Assembly: GCA_964481345.1 (NCBI GenBank)
Contig: CAYZTC010000007.1
Coordinates: forward strand, 1 to 54,691
Direction: 5' to 3'
Length of the DNA: 54,691 nt
DNA from: an uncultured Candidatus Saccharibacteria bacterium
GTDB lineage: Bacteria; Patescibacteriota; Dojkabacteria; SC72; JAFGCJ01
Position 1 is the stretch's first letter, and the number at the start of each line of letters is the position of its first letter. Of the stretch, positions 43,815 through 51,577 are shown piece by piece. The translations under genes and the position numbers were made by a program. The notes under the pieces are model-generated. The model searched no databases. It was not told where the DNA came from and saw only the letters and a list, made by a program, of their open reading frames with translations.

Positions 43815-44051
43815 ATGGAAAAGATAGAAAAACAAATAATAATACCTACAACTTCAGAAAGAGAGTCAATAGTAAATTCTTGCTGTAATTCAGGTTGTGT
43901 AGATACCCTACCAGGAAAGGAAGTTACAGTGACTTCATATCTAAGTACACTCCTAGGTAATCCAGGGCAAGGACAAATGAGAGGGATGACCGTGATAATT
44001 ACATATGCAGATCAAGCAGATAAGTTGTCAAACTATTGTCTTCACCTCTGA
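43815..44051 (+). CDS. Small Cys-bearing ORF of uncertain status (78 aa)
   Basis: MEKIEKQIIIPTTSERESIVNSCCNSGCVDTLPGKEV... There is no SD. It begins about 30 nt after tRNA-His and overlaps the next ORF by 47 nt. It could be a real peptide, a frameshifted N-terminus of the 644-aa protein, or non-coding. Confidence 0.25.
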   Translation: MEKIEKQIIIPTTSERESIVNSCCNSGCVDTLPGKEVTVTSYLSTLLGNPGQGQMRGMTVIITYADQADKLSNYCLHL

Positions 44052-45939
44052 GGACCAATATTCTATAGATTGGAGGGTATTCAATGAGGCGTATAGTGTA
44101 ACGTCAAACAGTCTATATGAGAATAGGATTTCATTCTCTAATGACACAGTATCTACCTCTCTTTTCCTTATCAACCAACTATCGGAAGATTTAGGTTCGC
44201 GATCTGTCTTGGCATTAAAAGAAAATTTGAGAGAGTGTGAGCAGGAAGTGGGCGAGAGAGATCTGTTAAATAGCATTAGCAATCTGATATGTCAGAAATA
44301 TCCCAATTCAGGCTCATTTGACCGTGCAATGTTAATTAGTGCATTTGCTGCTGCAACATGTCTTTTAGAACAGACAGATCTATTTGATAAAAGATTAACT
44401 AATTTTTCTACAAACAATACTATGGAAATAGTGACAGAAAGAAACAAAAAGATACAGCTTGTATCTCCTCTAGCTAAGGATATCTATATAGATCCATCTC
44501 TTTCAGAAATAACATCTAATGTTTCAAGAATAAAAGCAGGAGTGGAGAGAGAGATTCAAGGGCTTAAATCTCAGAAAAGGGGAGGAAGGAAAACAGCGTG
44601 GAGTTTAATTGAGGATAAGTATGTAGAGAATGTAACTGAACAAGAGGCTTTCAAACAGGCATTAACTATAAATCCCCAATGGGAAGAACTAGATGAATAT
44701 AGAAGAAGAGGAGTACTGATCAAGACAAGATTTCGGCTTGCTTCACAAAGAGCTGAGGAAGATATGTTCAACAAGAAATACTCTGAAGCAGTAAAAGAAT
44801 ACCAATCATTTGTTCTTCGAAAGGATCTTGAGTTTATTGAGTGGGAACTAAGAACATCGTTAACAGAGCTTTCAAACGAAAGTTTAACTTTCTTGATAAG
44901 AAATTTCATCGAAATTCGGAATAAATGGCTTAAATCAGGTGGACAAAAGTCTCCGGATGATGAACTGAGATGGAGAATACTGCAACCACTTCTAAAGAAA
45001 GTACGGTTTAACAAGGAAGAGGATGAGATTCCATTAGAGAACAACAGTGAAAATCTGAAAAGAGCCATCAGTATAATAAAAAGGTATACTCGGACCCAAA
45101 ATTCAGAGTACACACTGATCAATGAGAAAGCCCTCAAAGAGTATATATATAGGTGTCTGTCAGAAAATAAACCTATTGTATTTTCAGCAGCTCTTTGTCC
45201 AACCAGATGGCCCAAAAGACTCCTTTACAGGACTCCTAAAGAAAGAGCACAGTTCTACGATCCTAATCCTTGGAAGGCAGATGCTGTTGACCTTCTTCCA
45301 ATCACTCAAGATTTAGCCTTCCAACTACAATCTCAAGGTTTTAAGGTAAAGTTCGAGTGGGCGATCTTTGTTTCTGACGAAGAAGATTATATAAGATTTA
45401 CATCTCTAAACCCATGGCTACAAGACAGAGAGACAAAGAACTTACTTAGAGAGAATGTTGAACTGTTTAAAGAAAACATATCAGCACTTCTTATGGCTTC
45501 ACTTGGAGATAGTTTTGGAGGGTGTAAGATTAATATTTTAGGATCAGGCCAAACTAAAGATGAAATCGAAAAGATTGATAACTTATGTCAGAGTATTAAA
45601 GAGGAAGCTAAAAGTAATAAAAGTTTGAGAAATCTGATTTGTGAGATTGCAGAAAGGAGAAAATCTTCCTTTGAAGATCCCAATGGATTTTACAATTCAG
45701 CATACAGTGAGGTTGGGGGAGGACTTACAAGCAGAGATTATGGAAACATCGCTCTGAGATATATTGCCACATATAGGAGACAATTTTTGAAATATCTTAA
45801 TGGGATTAGGGTGGATAATAGTTATGCAACAATGGCAAGAGCATTCCTGCTGAAAAAAGATGGAGCAAACTTCCCAGTAGTAAATCCATTTCCGAGACCA
45901 GATCAAAGAAATAGAATAAGGTTTGACCAAATCAAATGA
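44005..45939 (+). CDS. Large orphan protein (644 aa), no family recognised
   Basis: Long uninterrupted ORF. Helical N-terminal region, a charged and probably coiled central region, and an alpha/beta-looking C-terminal third (KPIVFSAALCPTRWPKRL, FEWAIFVSDEEDYIRF). Its stop overlaps the start of the GT4 gene. Confidence 0.5.
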   Translation: MQIKQISCQTIVFTSEDQYSIDWRVFNEAYSVTSNSLYENRISFSNDTVSTSLFLINQLSEDLGSRSVLALKENLRECEQEVGERDLLNSISNLICQKYPNSGSFDRAMLISAFAAATCLLEQTDLFDKRLTNFSTNNTMEIVTERNKKIQLVSPLAKDIYIDPSLSEITSNVSRIKAGVEREIQGLKSQKRGGRKTAWSLIEDKYVENVTEQEAFKQALTINPQWEELDEYRRRGVLIKTRFRLASQRAEEDMFNKKYSEAVKEYQSFVLRKDLEFIEWELRTSLTELSNESLTFLIRNFIEIRNKWLKSGGQKSPDDELRWRILQPLLKKVRFNKEEDEIPLENNSENLKRAISIIKRYTRTQNSEYTLINEKALKEYIYRCLSENKPIVFSAALCPTRWPKRLLYRTPKERAQFYDPNPWKADAVDLLPITQDLAFQLQSQGFKVKFEWAIFVSDEEDYIRFTSLNPWLQDRETKNLLRENVELFKENISALLMASLGDSFGGCKINILGSGQTKDEIEKIDNLCQSIKEEAKSNKSLRNLICEIAERRKSSFEDPNGFYNSAYSEVGGGLTSRDYGNIALRYIATYRRQFLKYLNGIRVDNSYATMARAFLLKKDGANFPVVNPFPRPDQRNRIRFDQIK

Positions 45940-47060
45940 TGAAAACTGTAATAATTCTACCTTATCCATATCCAATAGATAACAAGCTCCGTACTGGGTT
46001 AATAGGGGGATTACAAACACAGGCAAAGTATATGATTGATTATTTGAGAAATAGAATTGATATTGAAGTGTTATCTCTTGGTAACAATTATACATATCCT
46101 AACAAGCAGATTCGTTACTTTGGAAATTACATGTGCGATAGAGAAAAAGGTATTAGGGAGATCTTGAGAGAGGTAAAGAAGAGTCCACCTGACAACTTGT
46201 TTCTATTCTTGACCAGAAGTGCTGCGATAGGAGAACAATTTAAGTTGCTTAATTCTTTACCAAAATTTACTGATGTTACTGTTCAAATAACGAGAACCGA
46301 CTATATAGACACATTTTCCGAGGAAGAAATCCTTATCCTTAAAGGATGCAGAATAATTGCCCAAAGCGATGTACAAGAAAAACTCCTTTTAAAAAGAGGT
46401 ATTGTTCCACAAGATATTATTGTTGTGGGCAATCCGGTTGATCTGTCTGAGTTTACTCCAAGTTCTCAAGAGGATAAAGTTAAATTACGTAAGACATATG
46501 GAATTAATGCAGATGATAAAGTAATACTTTCTACAAGTCGTTTAATAAGAGATAAAGGTATTCAAGTATTATTTGATGCTTTGGAAATATTATCTGAAGA
46601 TCTTATAATTACATGCTTGGTAGTCGGGGTCGATGATAAGGATGGTGAGGGTAGCCAGTTTGTTAAGAGGGCAGAGGCTCTTAGTACGCAAGGCAATTTG
46701 ACTGTGAAGGTGCTTGGAAAAAAAGATATTGTTGAAATGCCTAGGTTCTATCAAATTAGTGACGTATTTACACTTACTTCAAGAACAGAAGGTCTCTCGA
46801 ACTCACTAATGGAAGCAATGGCTTCAAAAACACCTATAATAGCAACAGATATAGATGCAAACAAAGTATTACTTAAAGATAACTACTCTGGATTGCTATA
46901 CCGATATTCCGATGTTACAAATCTAGCAAACGGAATCAGGAAACTCTTAATCAAGAAGAGCCTCGGAGAGATGCTGGTAGAAAATGCATTTGAAACAATA
47001 CAAAATTATAGCTCAGAGAAGATACTTCCTAAATATCTCTATATCATTAATGATATTTGA
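45936..47060 (+). CDS. Glycosyltransferase family 4
   Basis: 374 aa. The C-terminal motif is TEGLSNSLMEAMASKTPIIATDIDANKVLL. ATGA overlap with the preceding gene. Confidence 0.75.
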   Translation: MMKTVIILPYPYPIDNKLRTGLIGGLQTQAKYMIDYLRNRIDIEVLSLGNNYTYPNKQIRYFGNYMCDREKGIREILREVKKSPPDNLFLFLTRSAAIGEQFKLLNSLPKFTDVTVQITRTDYIDTFSEEEILILKGCRIIAQSDVQEKLLLKRGIVPQDIIVVGNPVDLSEFTPSSQEDKVKLRKTYGINADDKVILSTSRLIRDKGIQVLFDALEILSEDLIITCLVVGVDDKDGEGSQFVKRAEALSTQGNLTVKVLGKKDIVEMPRFYQISDVFTLTSRTEGLSNSLMEAMASKTPIIATDIDANKVLLKDNYSGLLYRYSDVTNLANGIRKLLIKKSLGEMLVENAFETIQNYSSEKILPKYLYIINDI

Positions 47061-47078
47061 TATACTGAATAAGTAATT

Positions 47079-47579
47079 ATGGAATTATCGAATAATCAAA
47101 ACCAAAGTGAAAAAAGTCTTTCGGATATTCTAAGAGAATATGGAGAAAAAGGGTTCATTTTTCATGGACGACCTGAAGGTGATCTAAAGATTATTGTTCC
47201 TGCATCCCCAAAGTACTCTGAGAGGGATGATGAATTTAGTCGTGATAGGGCTGTATATGCAAGTGACAATCCAGCATCCTCTATTATGTTTTCATTGATA
47301 AATCGAAAAGATTCTAGATTTGCGGAAGGTACATGGAATGCTTCTTGGTCAGAAAAAGGTGATGGGTTTAGAGCAAAGGTTCCTGTCTCATGGAAGAGTG
47401 CATTAGAAAAGAATTCTGGGTTTGTGTATGTTTGTTCTAAAGATGGCTTTATAACCCATGGTGAAGGAACAAGGAATAAGGAGTATAAAAGTCATAAAAA
47501 TGTGATTCCCATCGATATGGTTAGTGTTACCTTAAGGGATTTTTATAATTTGGGGGGAAAAGTAGAATGGACAAAGTAA
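47079..47579 (+). CDS. Orphan 166-aa protein (possible minimal H-Y-E ADP-ribosyltransferase-like fold, speculative)
   Basis: Candidate triad residues sit in FIFHGRP, RAVYASDNP and NKEYKSHKNVIPIDMV. Their spacing is similar to diphtheria-toxin/PARP-type ARTs. This is a pattern-level observation only. Confidence 0.3.
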   Translation: MELSNNQNQSEKSLSDILREYGEKGFIFHGRPEGDLKIIVPASPKYSERDDEFSRDRAVYASDNPASSIMFSLINRKDSRFAEGTWNASWSEKGDGFRAKVPVSWKSALEKNSGFVYVCSKDGFITHGEGTRNKEYKSHKNVIPIDMVSVTLRDFYNLGGKVEWTK

Positions 47580-47591
47580 ATAATACAATTG

Positions 47592-47600
47592 TGATATACT
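47592..47600 (+). promoter_or_regulatory. Extended -10 element TGaTATACT 6 nt before the hisS ATG (possible leaderless transcript)
   Basis: TGATATACT at 47592-47600, then AAAAAC, then ATG 47607. The geometry is the same as at 22855-22872. Confidence 0.3.
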
Positions 47601-47606
47601 AAAAAC

Positions 47607-48917
47607 ATGGAAAAACCAAGAAAATTAAGGGGATTTAACGACTTTTTCGGGGAGGATATGCGGATCCGACAGTATGTTATTGATACCTTTAAACAAACAT
47701 TTGAAAAATATGGCTATGAGCCTCTTGAGACTCCAGCGTTGGAGTACTCTAAGTATATGCTTGGACAAAGCGGTGAAGAGGCAGAAAAGCAGTTTTATAG
47801 GTTCAAGGATCCTGGGGGGAGGGATGTGATGTTGAAATATGAGGTAATGATCGGAATGTGCAGGGCTGTTGCAGAAAACTACGATAACATTGAATTCCCG
47901 TATAAAAGGTACCAGATACAAAGGACTTGGAGAGCTGAAAACACGCAAAAGGGTCGCTATAGAGAGTTCACCCAGTGCGACGCGGATACCATAGGTTCAA
48001 ATTCAATGATTAACGATGCTGAATTTATCCAGATGGGGCTTGAAGTTGTTGGCAAGCTTGGGTTTAAAGAATATATTGCAAACATTAGTAACAGGAAATT
48101 TCTTGCTGGACTTGCTGAATATGCAGGTATTTCAGGTGAAAAGCTATACGGTTTTGCTATGTCTTTAGATAAGATTAGGAAAATTGGCAAGGATAAAGTA
48201 ATAAAGGAAATGGTTGATAAGAGGAACATTGAAAAAGATAAAGTTGTTAAAGCACTGGACTTGATAGATCAAGCCGAAGGAAAGAATTATGATGAATTGA
48301 TTTCTGAGTATGAAAAGAATGTTGGTACAACGAAGATTGGCAAGGAGGGCCTAGATGAGTTAGCTGAAATTCGAAAATACCTGATAGCCAGTGGTGTAGA
48401 TGAGAAGCTTTATAAATTTGATCCAACTATTGCAAGAGGACTTGCATCATATACCGGACCGGTGTGGGAGTATGAAGTGAAAGATGGAGATGTAGGATCA
48501 ATTGGGGGCTGTGGGAGATATGACAATGTAATCTCGAAATATATTGGTAAAGATGTACCTGCTACTGGTGGATCGTTTGGGATTGAAAGAATTTGTGATA
48601 TTTTGAAGGAAAGGAAAATGGTTAGTTTCAGTGAACTTACTGCAAACGTTATGGTTACAGTTTTTAATGAGGATACTATTCAGGAATCGTTAAAAATTGC
48701 AAATGGACTTAGAAATGCTGGTATATATGTGATGCTTTATCCTGATCCAGACAAACTTGGTAAACAATTTAAGTATGCTGATAGTAAAGGAATAGAGTGG
48801 GTTGTTGTGGTTGGGCCTGAGGAAATTAAGAAAGACGTTGTTCAGCTAAAGAATATGAAGACTGAAAAACAAGAGGAAATGAAAGTTGATGAAGTAGTGA
48901 AAAAACTTACCGTGTAA
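47607..48917 (+). CDS. hisS: Histidine--tRNA ligase
   Basis: 436 aa. Class II HisRS pattern: KLRGFNDFFGEDMRIRQYVIDTFKQTFEKYGYEPLETPALEY, RYREFTQCDADTIG and GGGRYDN-like GGCGRYDNV. C-terminal anticodon-binding domain. Confidence 0.9.
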   Translation: MEKPRKLRGFNDFFGEDMRIRQYVIDTFKQTFEKYGYEPLETPALEYSKYMLGQSGEEAEKQFYRFKDPGGRDVMLKYEVMIGMCRAVAENYDNIEFPYKRYQIQRTWRAENTQKGRYREFTQCDADTIGSNSMINDAEFIQMGLEVVGKLGFKEYIANISNRKFLAGLAEYAGISGEKLYGFAMSLDKIRKIGKDKVIKEMVDKRNIEKDKVVKALDLIDQAEGKNYDELISEYEKNVGTTKIGKEGLDELAEIRKYLIASGVDEKLYKFDPTIARGLASYTGPVWEYEVKDGDVGSIGGCGRYDNVISKYIGKDVPATGGSFGIERICDILKERKMVSFSELTANVMVTVFNEDTIQESLKIANGLRNAGIYVMLYPDPDKLGKQFKYADSKGIEWVVVVGPEEIKKDVVQLKNMKTEKQEEMKVDEVVKKLTV

Positions 48918-51540
48918 GTCTTTTCTTCCACTTTTCCAATACCAGAAGCGCTTCAAGAGGTGTTAATTTATCCAAATCAAGGGTTTTTAGTTCGTTGAAT
49001 ATTGAGGGCATTGTTTCGGAAAGGTTGTTATCCATAAATGTCAGCTGTCCTTCTTTGTCGTCTTTATTTTTCGTAATTTCTGATCTCTGTTCTTTCTTTG
49101 AGCTTACATTACTTCTAACACCAAACATATCCTCTTGCTCAAATCCAGATAGTATCTCTTCTGCCCTTTCGATGATATCGTCTGGAAGACCTGCCATCTT
49201 TGCTACGTGTATTCCATAGCTTTTATTTGTACCACCTTTTTCAATCTTTCTTAAAAAAATTACATCATCACCTTCTTCTATAACTGCAACATTAAAGTTT
49301 TTAATACCCTCAAGTTCATCTTCAAGTTTCACAAGTTCATGGTAGTGAGTAGCGAACAGACATCTAGATTGAATTTTTTGGTCAATGTGTTCTGCAATTG
49401 CCCATGCAATTGAAACACCGTCATATGTGCTTGTACCTCTACCAACCTCGTCTAATATGATGAGACTATATTTTGTGGCATTGTTAATGATATTTGCCGC
49501 CTCGTCCATCTCGACAAGGAAGGTACTCCTTCCTGCAGAAAGGTCGTCTGAGGCACCGACCCTTGTGAAAACCCTATCAGTAAGGGACATTTTGGCATAG
49601 CTAGCAGGAACGAAGCTTCCAATCTGTGCCATCAATACAATTAGTGCAACCTGTCTGATATATGTTGACTTGCCAGACATGTTTGGACCGGTCAAGATTA
49701 CTAACCTGTTCTGGTCAAGATCGATGTTAAGGTCGTTGCTAATAAATTCTTCATTTGAGACTAGCTCTACAATTGGGTGTCTACCATTTTTTATTTCTAA
49801 AATTCCTTTTTCCTTACCGAAATCAAATAGCTCTGGCTTGCAGTAATTGTTTTGATTCGCAATGTGTGCAAGGCATGCAACAACATCTATTTCGGAGATA
49901 CTATCTGAAACTTCTTGTATGAAATCCAGGTATTTAATGATGTTTTCTCTTATTTCTTGAAATACTTCATATTCAAGCTGATTTAATCTTTCCTGTGCAT
50001 TTAAAACTATTGTTTCTTTTTTCTTTAGCTCTGGAGTTATGTATCTTTCAGAGTTTACCAGGGTCTGCTTTCTAATGTAGTCATCAGGGGCCTTATCTTT
50101 GTGAGTATTTGTTATTTCAATATAATATCCAAAGACTTTGTTTGATCTAACTTTTAGGGAAGGTATTCCTGTTCTTTCTTTTTCAATTTTTTCTAGATTA
50201 TCGATCCATTCTTTGCTTACACTTGTTTCTGACTTGATTTTATCTACCCTTTTGTCAAAGCCTTCTTTAATGATATGACCCTCCATTATTGTGTTTGGAG
50301 GACTATCGACAATTGATTTATCGATGTATTTAATGAGCTCCTCCAGCTTTGCTTTGTTTTTAAGAATGTCCCTTGATAATTTTTTCAGATAGCCTGATTT
50401 CTTAAGATTACTTGAGATTGCAATAATTTCATTGATTGTTGAAGATAGTGCTATCAGATCTCTTGCGTTGGCTCTATTTAGTCCAATTTTTCCTGAGATT
50501 CTTTCAATATCTGAAACCTTCTTTAGATTTTCTTTGAGATTTGAAAGAAAAGAAAGATCGTTGAAAAGTTCATCTATCATATCCTGTCTTCGCTTTAGTT
50601 CTTTTAGGTTTAGTAGTGGATGAACAACCCATCTTCTTAATTTTCTGGCTCCCATGGAAGTTTCGGTCCTATCAAGTATCTTGATAAGTGAAGCCTTATT
50701 TCCCATTTCACTTGTTGAATACACAACATCTAAATTTCTTAATGTTGCAGCATCTAGTATCATGTTTCCCCTAAGGTCGTAGTATTTAAGTTTGTTGATA
50801 TGCGAAAGATCTGATTTTTGTGTTTCAGTAAGATAGTTGATAATTGCGCCTGCTGAAATTATACTAGCTTGACTGTTTGAAATTCCAAATGATGCAAGAC
50901 TTTTTTTTCCAAAATGTTTGCAAAGTAAATCTTTTGATTTTTGGTGTTCATATTTGTAGTTGTCCAGTGGTTGAATCGGATATTCGGATAAAGTGGAAAA
51001 ATCCTGTTTGGGAGACACCAGTATTTCAGAAGGCGAAATCCTCGAAATTTCATCTTTCAAGTTGTTTAAATTTTGTGTTTCAGTAATTAGAAATTCACCT
51101 GTAGACAGATCACATAGGGCTAGCCCGTATGTTTTCTTTTGGTGGAAGACAGAGCAAAGATAATTGTTTTTTTTGTCATCGGAATACCTGTCATCAGTTA
51201 GGGTTCCAGGGGTAACTACTCTTGTTACTTCTCTTCTTACAATCCCTTTTGCTAACTTTGGATCTTCCACTTGGTCAGCTACTGCAACGTTGTAGCCGGC
51301 TTTAACAAGTTTTGGAAGATATTGATTAAGGGCATGATAGGGAAATCCTGCAAGTGGAGTAGGATCTTCATTTTTATCTCTTGAGGTAAGGGTGATATTT
51401 AATACTTTTGAAGTAGTCTTTGCATCTTCGTTAAAGGTCTCATAAAAATCACCCATTCTAAAAAGCAGTATTTTGTCTTTGTATTGCTGTTTTAACTGTT
51501 TGTACTGACGCATCATTGGCGTCAATTGTTTTACCGGCAT
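48907..51540 (-). CDS. mutS: DNA mismatch repair protein MutS
   Basis: 877 aa. TPMMRQYKQLKQQYKDKILLFRMGDFYETF, GPNMSGKSTYIRQ, DEVGRGTSTYDG and FATHYHEL. Its 3-prime end overlaps the hisS 3-prime end by 11 nt (convergent). Confidence 0.95.
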   Translation of the reverse strand: MPVKQLTPMMRQYKQLKQQYKDKILLFRMGDFYETFNEDAKTTSKVLNITLTSRDKNEDPTPLAGFPYHALNQYLPKLVKAGYNVAVADQVEDPKLAKGIVRREVTRVVTPGTLTDDRYSDDKKNNYLCSVFHQKKTYGLALCDLSTGEFLITETQNLNNLKDEISRISPSEILVSPKQDFSTLSEYPIQPLDNYKYEHQKSKDLLCKHFGKKSLASFGISNSQASIISAGAIINYLTETQKSDLSHINKLKYYDLRGNMILDAATLRNLDVVYSTSEMGNKASLIKILDRTETSMGARKLRRWVVHPLLNLKELKRRQDMIDELFNDLSFLSNLKENLKKVSDIERISGKIGLNRANARDLIALSSTINEIIAISSNLKKSGYLKKLSRDILKNKAKLEELIKYIDKSIVDSPPNTIMEGHIIKEGFDKRVDKIKSETSVSKEWIDNLEKIEKERTGIPSLKVRSNKVFGYYIEITNTHKDKAPDDYIRKQTLVNSERYITPELKKKETIVLNAQERLNQLEYEVFQEIRENIIKYLDFIQEVSDSISEIDVVACLAHIANQNNYCKPELFDFGKEKGILEIKNGRHPIVELVSNEEFISNDLNIDLDQNRLVILTGPNMSGKSTYIRQVALIVLMAQIGSFVPASYAKMSLTDRVFTRVGASDDLSAGRSTFLVEMDEAANIINNATKYSLIILDEVGRGTSTYDGVSIAWAIAEHIDQKIQSRCLFATHYHELVKLEDELEGIKNFNVAVIEEGDDVIFLRKIEKGGTNKSYGIHVAKMAGLPDDIIERAEEILSGFEQEDMFGVRSNVSSKKEQRSEITKNKDDKEGQLTFMDNNLSETMPSIFNELKTLDLDKLTPLEALLVLEKWKKRLTR

Positions 51541-51577
51541 ATACCGTGATTATATCAAAGTACAGTTTCTTGCGGGA

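Noticed and set aside
43786-44004. Possible T-box-like leader after tRNA-His. AGAGAG and AGTA strings occur near 43857-43875, and GGGATGACCGTG (43983-43994) loosely resembles the T-box core GGGTGGTACCGCG.
   Set aside because: The UGG that must pair with the tRNA NCCA end is missing. No terminator/antiterminator pair with a T-tract follows, and the next gene is not an aminoacyl-tRNA synthetase. The region is also an open reading frame. The resemblance is too weak to call.
45290-45312. Possible distal att-like repeat of the tRNA-His 3-prime end for the right-hand cassette (TCTTCCA shared with the tRNA acceptor strand).
   Set aside because: Only 7 nt match, and the site lies inside the 644-aa coding sequence. 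This is consistent with chance, so no right-hand boundary repeat can be claimed.
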